Source: Candidatus Micrarchaeia archaeon
GTDB taxonomy: Archaea; Micrarchaeota; Micrarchaeia; Burarchaeales; JACRGF01
Assembly (NCBI GenBank): GCA_038890815.1
Contig: JAWAFC010000003.1
Span: 575-64,574, forward strand
DNA length: 64,000 bases
Direction: 5' to 3'
The position numbers and the translations under genes were made by a program. The notes beneath the pieces were generated by a model, which did not search any database, was not told the DNA's origin, and saw nothing but the letters and a program-made list of their open reading frames with translations. Each line of letters opens with the position of its first letter. Position 1 is the stretch's first letter. Shown in pieces: positions 8,861 through 17,951 of the stretch.

Positions 8861-10078
8861 GTGCGGCGTGTGGTCTTGTTGCTTCTGCTCGCAGGCTGTA
8901 TCTCCCAGCCTCCCGCCAACATCACGCTAGCCAACGTCACCCTGCCCGCCAACATCACACAGGCGAACATCACTCCCGTGAATCTCACGCAGCCAAGCGC
9001 GGAGAACATAACGCTCCCAATCGTAACCATCTCTCCATGCAACAGAATTTCCGCCCAGCCCGAGAGGGATGCCTGCGTGGCCGAGGTCGCGCTGAGGCTG
9101 AAAGAGGCGGGGCTGTGCGCGCAGGTGGCCGCGCGCGATAGAAGGTTTGCCTGCGCGCTGTCTGTGGCGAGCGCCACGCGGAATGCCAGCGCCTGCCTTC
9201 AGCTCGGTGAGGAGGCGGGCAGGTGTGTGCTGTTCTTGGTGCCGAACATCGGAGGTGAGGGCTGTGCGCTCATCAGCGGGCCTGAGCGGGAGATGTGCGA
9301 GGGCCTGGCGGCCTCCCTGAGAGGCGCTGAGGCGTGCGTTGCGCTTGCCGGCAGGGCGAGGGAGGTGTGCGCAAGGCAGGTGGCCCAGAATACGGGTAAT
9401 ACGAGCGTGTGCGAGCTGCTGGCTGGCGCGGCGAGGGAGGGGTGTAGTGCCGGCGCGCGGAGAGCAATTGGGATTAACATTAGCTGGAGCTCCTGCGCCG
9501 ATGCCCCGCAGGCAGCAAGGGATGGATGTTATTACCAGCAGGGAGTGGCGCGCGGCGATCCGGCCCTCTGCATGAGGATATCGAATGCAGATATGAGGGA
9601 GGGCTGCCTTGTGGTGCAGGACGATGGGGCGCTGAGCGCAGCCGCGCTCAATCAATCAAATCCATCGGCATTGTACTGCAAGTACATTCGAGCGCCAGAG
9701 ATGCGGGATGCCTGTTATGAGTGGGTGGCCATCTACCTGCTCGATCAGGGCCCGTGCGCTTTTGTCTCGCACAAGGACATCAAGGATGCCTGCTTTGCCT
9801 TCTCAAAGGCAAGCGATGCCCTTGAGCGAATTGTGGCCTTTGGCAATCCGGAAGGATGCGCGGTGCTGAATTTTCTCGGGGAGAAGGATGCCTGCTACGC
9901 CCGCATCGCTGCGGCCAAAGGAGACGCAACAATATGCGAAAAAATCACAAAAGAGCCCATGAGGGTGGAGTGCGCGCTGTCCCTGCTGTCGCAGCAGAAT
10001 GCCGCGACAGTGGCCGCGATATGCGAGGGGCTGACCAATGAGGAGGTGAAGGCGAATTGCACACACGCGCTTGGCTGA
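8861..10078 (+). CDS. Secreted/lipoprotein-like glycoprotein: N-terminal NxT sequon-rich stalk followed by ~12 Cys-pair repeats
   Basis: A 405-aa ORF starting MRRVVLLLLLAGC. It carries NITLANVTLPANITQANITPVNLTQPSAENITL and then repeats of (R/K)(D/E)xC-13..25-C, for example ERDACVAEVALRLKEAGLC, PEREMCEGLAASLRGAEAC and EMRDACYEWVAIYLLDQGPC. Confidence 0.7.
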   Translation: MRRVVLLLLLAGCISQPPANITLANVTLPANITQANITPVNLTQPSAENITLPIVTISPCNRISAQPERDACVAEVALRLKEAGLCAQVAARDRRFACALSVASATRNASACLQLGEEAGRCVLFLVPNIGGEGCALISGPEREMCEGLAASLRGAEACVALAGRAREVCARQVAQNTGNTSVCELLAGAAREGCSAGARRAIGINISWSSCADAPQAARDGCYYQQGVARGDPALCMRISNADMREGCLVVQDDGALSAAALNQSNPSALYCKYIRAPEMRDACYEWVAIYLLDQGPCAFVSHKDIKDACFAFSKASDALERIVAFGNPEGCAVLNFLGEKDACYARIAAAKGDATICEKITKEPMRVECALSLLSQQNAATVAAICEGLTNEEVKANCTHALG

Positions 10079-11829
10079 TTTTGCTTGCGGTGATGGGGCT
10101 GGCCATCGCCCAGCCGACATGCAGCGATCCGGCAACTGACACAAGGTATGGAGTGTGTTTCTCGCCTGGCTCGGGCACGGAGGAGCCATTTGAGTGCCCT
10201 AATGTCACGGATAAGTGGGGGAACAAACACAACAATTCGCAGTGGCTCAAGCAGACTCCCCTCGGGGATTTCGCCCTGTCGTGCGATGACCTCAATCCAT
10301 GCACTGAGGATTTTTTCGATGAGGACAAGGGGAAATGCATGTGCAGAGCAGTGCAGGATGGCTTCTATGGGGAGTGCGCGGGGCCGGATATGAGCGCGAG
10401 CAATGCGGCCTGCACCGAAAAGCGTTGCATTGGGGGAGTTTGCAAAACAATCACCGTTAAGGGAATAACCCCCATGTGCTCGGCAAGTGCTACCTACGAT
10501 TCACCTTGCAAGATAAATGTGTGCGAGAGCGGCGTCTGCACCGGGCCGAGGATTATTGGAGTGAATTTTGATTCGCAACGGGCGTGCTGCGGCAACGGCG
10601 AGCTGGAAGGCGATGAGAAGGATTGGTGCTGTGCAGACCTGCAGGCGACCGGCACGGGCCTGCCTGAGGGAAAGGAGTGCATCGGTGGCATAATGGTCAC
10701 AAAGAGCTATCTGGAGAGGGACCTTCAGCCCTTCATCAGGGCATTTCCATCGTGGGGGCCCGTCATCGTGCTCGCCCTTCTTATAGGCTATTTCCTCGCC
10801 GCGCTGGGCTACATGGCCGCGAGCTTTTTCAGGATGCCCGAGCTCGAGGCATGGGCAAAGAACGAGCTGGCTGAGGTGAGCGCAAGCGCGTTTTTTGCGG
10901 CCAATGCGATTTTTTTCATCGGGCTGATTGATGCGGCAGCTGTTGAGCTCATTGGGAAAGATTACTTCACCGTGGCGGCGAGCTTCCTCAACCTCCTGGC
11001 GGGCGAGACAGCGGCCATCATGGCCGAGCTGACGAGGGCGCAGTTCATTCTCGGATTCGGCTCAATGCTTGGAGTGCAGTTTGGTGTGCCTATATTTATT
11101 GTGATCGGATTCCTCGTGCCGGGCATGACGGCCTATCCTCTCGTGGGGGCTCGCATCATCACCACGGCGCTCGCCACCTATGGGAATGTCGCCACAATGA
11201 GCCTGATGAGCGCGCTCGGCATGGCCGTACTGCTGGAGTTCATAAACAGGTATGCGCTGACCGTCATACTGCCCGCTGGCATTGTGTTGAGGTGCTTCAC
11301 GCTGACGAGGCGGCTGGGGGCAACGCTCATGGCCATCGCAGTGGGCCTGTACGTGTTTTACCCACTGTCGCTGGCATGGAACGGCATGATATACGGCAAT
11401 GTGGAGAGGCCCAGCACGGGCGGCGTTTCGTTCATGAGCATCATAAACAACATCGTCGATCCCACGCCATTCCTTGAGATATTCGGCGGGCCCCCATTCA
11501 GGAGGTTCTGCGTGCACTGGTATGACTGGGTATGGTGCTGGTGGTATGCCATCATATGGTGGATCATCAACATGGTCATCGCATTCATCCAGCTTACCAT
11601 AGCGCTGGCCATGCTGTATTATGTTGGGCTTGCGACCACGCCCATAGGCGGCATCGGCGTGCTTGCATACGACTATTTTGTCGGTCTCATACCATCCATG
11701 ATTAGAACGATGGCGGGGGCATTCCTCTTCCCACTCATAGATCTAATTATAGTGGTTACGGCCATACGCTCGATATCGCCCGCCATTGGCGGGGAAACGA
11801 GGATAACGGGGCTGGTGGAGTTCATATGA
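10057..11829 (+). CDS. Membrane protein, paralog 1 of a six-member family, with an extra N-terminal ~200-aa cysteine-rich (EGF-like CxC) ectodomain
   Basis: A 590-aa ORF with a signal peptide and Cys-rich region. It then carries the family motifs GYMAASFFRMPELEAWAKNELAEV and LPAGIVLRCFTLTRRLGATLMAIAVGLYVFYP, plus the C-tail GETRITGLVEFI. Confidence 0.75.
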   Translation: MHTRAWLILLAVMGLAIAQPTCSDPATDTRYGVCFSPGSGTEEPFECPNVTDKWGNKHNNSQWLKQTPLGDFALSCDDLNPCTEDFFDEDKGKCMCRAVQDGFYGECAGPDMSASNAACTEKRCIGGVCKTITVKGITPMCSASATYDSPCKINVCESGVCTGPRIIGVNFDSQRACCGNGELEGDEKDWCCADLQATGTGLPEGKECIGGIMVTKSYLERDLQPFIRAFPSWGPVIVLALLIGYFLAALGYMAASFFRMPELEAWAKNELAEVSASAFFAANAIFFIGLIDAAAVELIGKDYFTVAASFLNLLAGETAAIMAELTRAQFILGFGSMLGVQFGVPIFIVIGFLVPGMTAYPLVGARIITTALATYGNVATMSLMSALGMAVLLEFINRYALTVILPAGIVLRCFTLTRRLGATLMAIAVGLYVFYPLSLAWNGMIYGNVERPSTGGVSFMSIINNIVDPTPFLEIFGGPPFRRFCVHWYDWVWCWWYAIIWWIINMVIAFIQLTIALAMLYYVGLATTPIGGIGVLAYDYFVGLIPSMIRTMAGAFLFPLIDLIIVVTAIRSISPAIGGETRITGLVEFI

Positions 11830-12803
11830 GGGCTTGGCTCATCGTGCTTGCACTCCTCCTTGCCGGCTGCACAGCCGAGCCACTCGCCGAGCTGCCTGGA
11901 TGCATCGCCCTGAGCGTGCGTGAGGAGCCGGAGCTGTATGGGTTGGTATTCGTGGCGCTGGTGGGCGTGCTGTTTGCCATCGCCATCGGCTACATGGCAG
12001 CCCAGCTTTTCAGGAGGCCTGACTGGGAAGCCATGGTGAGAGTGGAGCTCACCCAGACACTGCTGGGTGCGAGCATGATTTTCATCGCTGTGTGGCTGAG
12101 CGCATTCTCCTGCTCGATAAGCTATGAGCTTGCCGGGGGGGATACATTTGCCAAGGCAAACGCATACCTCGCAGGACTGACTTACGGGGAAATGATTCCG
12201 GCCATCATGAGGCTGTACGACAAGGCATGGCAGGCGGAGAAGCTGACGGCCTGGATCATTGGCATTTCCTCCTGCATGAGCGGCGTGTGTTTCCAGCCCT
12301 ATGCAGGCTACAGCATGGTTAGCTACAACCTCGGAACTGTGGCCGGCCTGCTCGCTCCCATCGTCACTTCGCTCATGGTGCAGATGCTCGCCCTCCAATT
12401 CATACAGCAGTTCGCATTTGTTTATCTGCTTCCGCTCGGCCTGCTGCTCAAGGCCGTGCCCTTCACAAGGGAAGCCGGCGCATTTCTCATCGCGCTCGCC
12501 ATCGGGCTGTATGTGGTCCTCCCGCTCACCTATATTTTCAATGCGAGAGTCATGGCGGACATCGGGCCGAGCATCACTGCGGGGAGCTACTGCGCGCTGA
12601 AGGCCGGGCCGGGTGACAAGCCAGGCGGGCAGGCGCTCGACAGCACGCTGGAGGGCGTTGGTGGGTTGTGCTCCACGGTCATTGCAGTTGTCGGGAAGAT
12701 TCTTCCGCAGGCAGTTTTCCTGCCCGCCCTCAACATAGTCATAACGCTCGCCTTTACAAGGACGATGGCGAGGATATTCACGCGGGATTACATGTTGGGG
12801 TAA
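11826..12803 (+). CDS. Membrane protein, paralog 2 (FtsX/MacB-like topology; novel family)
   Basis: A 325-aa ORF with an ATGA overlap to the upstream gene. Its motifs are IGYMAAQLFRRPDWEAMVRVELTQ and LPLGLLLKAVPFTREAGAFLIALAIGLYVVLP. Confidence 0.75.
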   Translation: MRAWLIVLALLLAGCTAEPLAELPGCIALSVREEPELYGLVFVALVGVLFAIAIGYMAAQLFRRPDWEAMVRVELTQTLLGASMIFIAVWLSAFSCSISYELAGGDTFAKANAYLAGLTYGEMIPAIMRLYDKAWQAEKLTAWIIGISSCMSGVCFQPYAGYSMVSYNLGTVAGLLAPIVTSLMVQMLALQFIQQFAFVYLLPLGLLLKAVPFTREAGAFLIALAIGLYVVLPLTYIFNARVMADIGPSITAGSYCALKAGPGDKPGGQALDSTLEGVGGLCSTVIAVVGKILPQAVFLPALNIVITLAFTRTMARIFTRDYMLG

Positions 12804-12807
12804 TGGC

Positions 12808-14025
12808 ATGCGGAAGATGATACACTTTGTGCTGCTTTGGCTTCTGCTTGCCAACAGCGTGGCTGCCGAACAGCAGTGTGAGGGCACGCGCATGTGCACG
12901 CTGTTCGCCAACTGGGCGCCCATCACTGCCATGGTCATACTCATCTCTCTCTTCGTTGTGTCGCTGGCCTTCATGGTGGGCAAGGGCCTCGGCATGCGGG
13001 ACATTGAGATGTTCGCCAAGGAGGAGCTGTACCAGTGCATTGCCAGCGCACTCATCCTCGGTGTGTTCATCAGTTTTGCGGCGCTCCTTGAGAGCACCTC
13101 GCAGCAGCTGGCCGGTGACATACTGACGGCCGGCACTCAGGGCACGACATTCGGCACACCAATCACAATGCGCTGGGAGTACACGGGCGACAGGAGCATG
13201 CGCTGGAGGACGACGGGCGCGCTCACCATAGAGAGATGCGGAGCTAACGACCCATTTCCCGATAAGAAATGCCACTTTTATTTGGCCAGGGCATTTTTGG
13301 GCAGCACGTTCGAAAAGCTGTCTGGGCAGGCGAGGGAGGTCGTAAAGCTGTATGGGCTCAGCATACTGTTTGACACCACATCCGTAAGCCTGGGGCTGCT
13401 TATCTTCGGACCCGTGTTTGGATTGGGGTTTGGCGTACCCCTTTTCGGTGGCAACAGCCTCCTGTACGAAACGCTCGAAACCATCTTCTCGGTCATGGCG
13501 AAGACGATGCTGCTGCTGAAATTCCAGGAGGTATCGCTCATGTACATCGAGAGGGGAATTTTCCCAGGCCTCATGATTGCCGGCCTCGTCTTCCGCTCCA
13601 TCTGGTTCATGCGGAAGCTCGGTGGGCTGCTGCTCGCGCTCGCCATCGGGCTATACACAATATTGCCGTTCATGTACATACTCAGCTGGTATACGATGGA
13701 TGCCGCACAGGCGAGGTATGATGTGAGCGCGCTGACCACCGCGCTTCAGAATAGGCAGAGCGCAGCGCAGGCCGTGATGGAGGAGCGGGGGCGTGATGTG
13801 GGGATAGGGCTATTTTTCCACCATGAGTACAGTGTGCTATTCACACACTACAGGTCTGATGGCAGCGTTGAGTACTATGGCATGCTCGATCTGGCCGGCA
13901 GGTATGCGCTCATAGCCATGGCAACGCCCACCATCGCGCTGTTCGTGCTGCTTGGTTTCGTGAGAGAACTGTCCGGCTTCCTGGGAGGGGACATTGAGAT
14001 CGCCGGACTGACGAGGATATTGTGA
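12808..14025 (+). CDS. Membrane protein, paralog 3
   Basis: A 405-aa ORF with the motifs LAFMVGKGLGMRDIEMFAKEELYQ and FPGLMIAGLVFRSIWFMRKLGGLLLALAIGLYTILP, and the C-tail GGDIEIAGLTRIL. Confidence 0.75.
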   Translation: MRKMIHFVLLWLLLANSVAAEQQCEGTRMCTLFANWAPITAMVILISLFVVSLAFMVGKGLGMRDIEMFAKEELYQCIASALILGVFISFAALLESTSQQLAGDILTAGTQGTTFGTPITMRWEYTGDRSMRWRTTGALTIERCGANDPFPDKKCHFYLARAFLGSTFEKLSGQAREVVKLYGLSILFDTTSVSLGLLIFGPVFGLGFGVPLFGGNSLLYETLETIFSVMAKTMLLLKFQEVSLMYIERGIFPGLMIAGLVFRSIWFMRKLGGLLLALAIGLYTILPFMYILSWYTMDAAQARYDVSALTTALQNRQSAAQAVMEERGRDVGIGLFFHHEYSVLFTHYRSDGSVEYYGMLDLAGRYALIAMATPTIALFVLLGFVRELSGFLGGDIEIAGLTRIL

Positions 14026-15212
14026 TGGCAACGAGAGCTGTGCTCAGCGTGCTGTTGCTTTTGGCTATGGGAGGGGCTGCCTGGGCGCAGGCAGCATGGG
14101 CTCCTGGCTGGATGAGCGTGGCTTTCCTGGCGCTGTTGGTTTCCTATTTCATGATAGGACTGGCCTTCATGTATGCCATAGGCTTCCAGGACGCCAGGAT
14201 GGAGGCCTGGTGCAGGCACGAGTTTTACCAGAACAGCGCCACGGCTGTTTTGCTGGGCATGCTCGTGGGGGTGAGCGCGCTGCTCGACAACACGCTGTAT
14301 CCGGCGTTCTGGAGCACGTCAATACTCAATCCTGAAAGCCAGAGGGCCAGCGCGAGCGTCTGCCCCAGCTCCACGCTGTCGGTGCCTGGGTTTGGGCTCT
14401 CGGTGACGCTCAACTCGCTGCGGTACAGCCCGCCAAGGGGAGGAAGGGGATTTGGAAACATACAAAATCATGTTGTGGGATATGTGGGGTGCCTTAGAAC
14501 GGCGGTCACAAAATACCTACTCGAGCTAAATCTCGGCGGTGTGTTCTTCGGCTTCATCTCCTCGCTGATGTTCAGTTTCGAGTTTGTGGAAATCAAGTTT
14601 GGCATGCTCAACATAATGCCGGGCGTTGTGATGAAGCCGGTGACGGACATGCTCGGCTACATAAACACGCTCGTGGCCATGCTCTTCCTGCAGCTCAGGG
14701 TGCAGGAGCTTGTGCTGACTTTCGCCCGCGATTATGCATTCTCTTTCCTGCTGCCTCTCGGCGTTGCCCTCAGGGCATTCACTTTCACGCGCGGGGCGGG
14801 TGGGGCGCTCATCGCCATCGCTGTCGGATTCTACATCGTGCTGCCCATCACCTATCTCTTCCAAGAGGAGATAACTGCTGATTACTGCGCGCGCCATGAC
14901 TGCCAGCGCTCGCTGCTCGCCAGATTTGGGTATGCGGGCAATCTGTATGACATCATTGTGGGGCTCATGGCAAGCGCACAAAGCGGCGGCATTGGCAGAG
15001 GGCTCACTGTGGCAGGCTCATTTGGGCAGGGCTACTCGCTGTCCGAGCTGATGTCGCTCAATGGACCTTTCGGGCCCGTGATATTCGTAGCCGGCATATC
15101 GGGGGCCGTGCTGCCCGCGCTCGGGCTCATCACGACATTCATATTTATGAAGTCCTTCGCGAACCTCATGGGAAGTGATGTGGACTTCAGCACGCTGATA
15201 AAAATTGTTTAG
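14022..15212 (+). CDS. Membrane protein, paralog 4
   Basis: A 396-aa ORF with an ATGA overlap. Its motifs are LAFMYAIGFQDARMEAWCRHEFYQ and LPLGVALRAFTFTRGAGGALIAIAVGFYIVLP, and the C-tail is GSDVDFSTLIKIV. Confidence 0.75.
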   Translation: MMATRAVLSVLLLLAMGGAAWAQAAWAPGWMSVAFLALLVSYFMIGLAFMYAIGFQDARMEAWCRHEFYQNSATAVLLGMLVGVSALLDNTLYPAFWSTSILNPESQRASASVCPSSTLSVPGFGLSVTLNSLRYSPPRGGRGFGNIQNHVVGYVGCLRTAVTKYLLELNLGGVFFGFISSLMFSFEFVEIKFGMLNIMPGVVMKPVTDMLGYINTLVAMLFLQLRVQELVLTFARDYAFSFLLPLGVALRAFTFTRGAGGALIAIAVGFYIVLPITYLFQEEITADYCARHDCQRSLLARFGYAGNLYDIIVGLMASAQSGGIGRGLTVAGSFGQGYSLSELMSLNGPFGPVIFVAGISGAVLPALGLITTFIFMKSFANLMGSDVDFSTLIKIV

Positions 15213-15220
15213 GTGGAAAC

Positions 15221-16258
15221 GTGAGCGTGTGTGCTGACCTGGCGAACTGGCCATCCGCCTGGTACACGGTTGCGGCCATCGGCATCGTGGCATCGGGCGC
15301 CGTCATTGGGTTGGTCTACATGATTGGGGTGACGCTCGGCAATCCCGGGCTCACCGCGCGCGCAAAGAACGAGATCTACCAAGTGGTGGCAACGCTGTGC
15401 ATGCTTGCCCTTGCCGTTGGGTTTGTGGGATTCGCCTGCACGGCCGATCTCAGCGGTTTCGGAGTGAGCGGAACGATCTATTCCGCCGCCGAGGCCTACC
15501 TCTCGTGGCTCGCCAGCCGCTCCATGTACGTGCTGGAGAGAATGATGCACCTGGCAGGGACGTGGGGATTTCTGGGCAGCATCGGCATGGGGATCACGAT
15601 AAGCGGCATAGGCTTCTCTTTCAACCCTTTCTCGGGCCTTTTTGGGCTTGTCAACATACTCAACATATTCATGTCGACAGCGCTCATCCTGTCGCTCACA
15701 ACGGCCGCGCAGTATGTGGTGTTCAAGTTCGCGCTTGAGGGCTTTCTGGGCTACCTCCTGCCTGTTGGTCTGGTGTGCAGGTGCTTCCCATTCACCCGCG
15801 ACTTCGGGGGCGCGCTGATTGCGCTCAGCGTAGGCTTCTCGCTGTTCTATCCATTCCTGTTCGCAGTGGACTGGGCGCTGGTGGGGCAGCCAACCAAGAG
15901 TACAATTGGAGGAGGGGGAGGAGATTTTGACAGGTGGGCGGTGGTGGATACGCTTGTGGGGTGGTATGTCTCCTTTGTAGTCGAGACTGTTGGTATCGTT
16001 ACCTTCTTTGCCGTCGTTGGAGTTCCGCTCATAATCCCGCCCATCCCGATTGTGAGCATACTGAAAATGCTCATGGAAATCTCCATCATGTTCCTTGATT
16101 CGATGATGCAGAGCGCGCTTATGCCGATAGGCGAAATACTTGTGGGCGGGCTTTTCCTGCCCGCGCTGAACGGCATCATACTTGTGGCTGTGGTGAGAGA
16201 TCTGTCGCGCGTGCTCGGCGAGGAGGTTGACATAACGACGCTGACGAGGATGGTTTGA
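15221..16258 (+). CDS. Membrane protein, paralog 5
   Basis: A 345-aa ORF with the motifs LVYMIGVTLGNPGLTARAKNEIYQ and LPVGLVCRCFPFTRDFGGALIALSVGFSLFYP, and the C-tail GEEVDITTLTRMV. Confidence 0.75.
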   Translation: MSVCADLANWPSAWYTVAAIGIVASGAVIGLVYMIGVTLGNPGLTARAKNEIYQVVATLCMLALAVGFVGFACTADLSGFGVSGTIYSAAEAYLSWLASRSMYVLERMMHLAGTWGFLGSIGMGITISGIGFSFNPFSGLFGLVNILNIFMSTALILSLTTAAQYVVFKFALEGFLGYLLPVGLVCRCFPFTRDFGGALIALSVGFSLFYPFLFAVDWALVGQPTKSTIGGGGGDFDRWAVVDTLVGWYVSFVVETVGIVTFFAVVGVPLIIPPIPIVSILKMLMEISIMFLDSMMQSALMPIGEILVGGLFLPALNGIILVAVVRDLSRVLGEEVDITTLTRMV

Positions 16259-17304
16259 TGACGTGGGAGACGAGCGCTGCTGATGTATACAAGACTTTCG
16301 GGGGCTATGGCTGGCTGGAAGTGGCCATGCTCGCCCTGCTCACCGCATTCCTGTCTGTCGCGCTCGCCTACATGCTCGCCATAGGGTTCAACCTGCCGAA
16401 CCTGAGGAGGTGGGCGAAAGCGGAATTTTATCAGGCTGCCGCGAGCGCCATGCTGGTGGCCCTCGTGTTCACGTTTGTTGAGGGAACAGATCTCCTGACT
16501 GGGGAAAGCCTGAAGTACTCGGCCGGCATCCAGCTGCTCCAGAAAAACACCGAGCTGTTTGCTGGCGACATCGTGGCGCCCGGCCAGAGGGGAAGGGTGA
16601 GGCCATTCAATGTTGTTTATGCACACGTGACCAACATGATAAACTGCGCCAGAGAAAAATACCTCAATGCCCTTGGCGAAACACAATGGCGGGAGTGGCT
16701 GACGCAGATTGTGATCACCCTGTCGATATATAAGATCGATTTGGTGATTCCGTTCCAGCTTCTCCTCTGGCCCCTCTACACGAACATCGTTGAGAACCAT
16801 GTCCTCGCCAACAGCCTTGTGTGGACGCTCATGGCCCTCTACTTCCAGCAGTCCTTCCTGCAGTGGGTTGAGACCTCGATGCTGACTGTGTTCTTCCCGC
16901 TCGGCATCATTTTGAGAATACTGCCCATCACGAGGGGAGCCGGAGCCGTGCTCATCGCCATCTCGCTGGGGCTCTACATCGTCTACCCGCTGCTGTTCAT
17001 ACTCATCGCCACAGCAGTGACTCCACCGAGCGGCTGCGCAAGGACCGAGATAACTCTCGAGCAGCCGCCCGAGATATGCGTCAGCGACCCATCGTCTTTC
17101 GTGCAGTTCCTAAAGGCAGCCGCACAGAGCAGAGGCACGCTCTACAGCGGGCAGGAGGCAAGCATGATGGCCCAGCTCACCATGTACGCCTTTTTCTATC
17201 CCCTCGTGATGATACTCATTGTGGTCATCTTTGTCAGGACGGCCTCCTCATTCCTCGGCGCAGAGATCACTGAGGTCGGGAGGGGGCTCTTCAGGCTGAT
17301 TTGA
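16255..17304 (+). CDS. Membrane protein, paralog 6
   Basis: A 349-aa ORF with an ATGA overlap. Its motifs are LAYMLAIGFNLPNLRRWAKAEFYQ and FPLGIILRILPITRGAGAVLIAISLGLYIVYP, and the C-tail is GAEITEVGRGLFRLI. Confidence 0.75.
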   Translation: MMTWETSAADVYKTFGGYGWLEVAMLALLTAFLSVALAYMLAIGFNLPNLRRWAKAEFYQAAASAMLVALVFTFVEGTDLLTGESLKYSAGIQLLQKNTELFAGDIVAPGQRGRVRPFNVVYAHVTNMINCAREKYLNALGETQWREWLTQIVITLSIYKIDLVIPFQLLLWPLYTNIVENHVLANSLVWTLMALYFQQSFLQWVETSMLTVFFPLGIILRILPITRGAGAVLIAISLGLYIVYPLLFILIATAVTPPSGCARTEITLEQPPEICVSDPSSFVQFLKAAAQSRGTLYSGQEASMMAQLTMYAFFYPLVMILIVVIFVRTASSFLGAEITEVGRGLFRLI

Positions 17305-17951
17305 TGCGCGCGTTCATCAAAAGAAACTTTCGGGCAGCGCTGGCGGCTGCGGCGTTCACTCTCGCCATACTGCTGGCCGCGCTTGCCTTTGTTGCCACAC
17401 CTCCACCATCCCAGCCTCCCCTCCCAGCGCAGGCTGAAGAAGTCCAGCCATCGGTGTGGGAGCCATTCCTGCCGCAGAACTGTAGCCCTTTCTTTGCCCC
17501 GACGACTGCCTCGTATGTCTATGCGGTGCGGTTCTCTGCTGGGGGCACTGACATAACAGGGCAGGTAAGCCATGAGCTCATATCGAGCAATGACTCATAC
17601 ACCATGAGGGATGTGCTGACAACGCCATTCGGAAAGTCTGCAATAGTTTGGGAGCTTGCGCCTGACCTGAGCTGCCGCCGGGTGCGCGCGAGCGCGGAGA
17701 TGAGCGGCATGCAGAGGGTGGACCGAGAGCTTCCGTGCGTGCCGCCCATTCCGTTTTTTGGGGCACCCTGCAGGGAGGAGATGGTGCTGAAGGGACTTAC
17801 AAACGCCAGCACGCCTTTCGGCACGATACCGGCAAAGGTTTATCATGCTACATCATCCAATGCTACATACATTGTGGCGAACAACATCGATGTGCCTCTC
17901 AAATTCGCCATTGGCAACATGCAGGGGGAGCTGATAAGATATGAAGAGTAG
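17301..17951 (+). CDS. Small N-terminally anchored or secreted protein of the same operon
   Basis: A 216-aa ORF with an ATGA overlap upstream and an 11-nt overlap with the downstream giant gene. It has a hydrophobic N-terminus followed by a Pro-rich linker. Confidence 0.55.
   Translation: MMRAFIKRNFRAALAAAAFTLAILLAALAFVATPPPSQPPLPAQAEEVQPSVWEPFLPQNCSPFFAPTTASYVYAVRFSAGGTDITGQVSHELISSNDSYTMRDVLTTPFGKSAIVWELAPDLSCRRVRASAEMSGMQRVDRELPCVPPIPFFGAPCREEMVLKGLTNASTPFGTIPAKVYHATSSNATYIVANNIDVPLKFAIGNMQGELIRYEE

Noticed and set aside
8927-9655. A 242-aa minus-strand ORF antisense to ORF-B, plus other ORFs of 60-145 aa in 8435-10340
   Set aside because: These are high-GC antisense frames without start context or motifs. 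ORF-B has a signal peptide, glycosylation stalk and ordered repeats.
10057-17304. An interpretation of the six paralogs as archaellins or type IV pilins
   Set aside because: They lack the class III (FlaK/PibD) signal peptide pattern, namely a short positively charged leader followed by a hydrophobic stretch. They are 325-590 aa polytopic proteins, not ~150-250 aa pilins.
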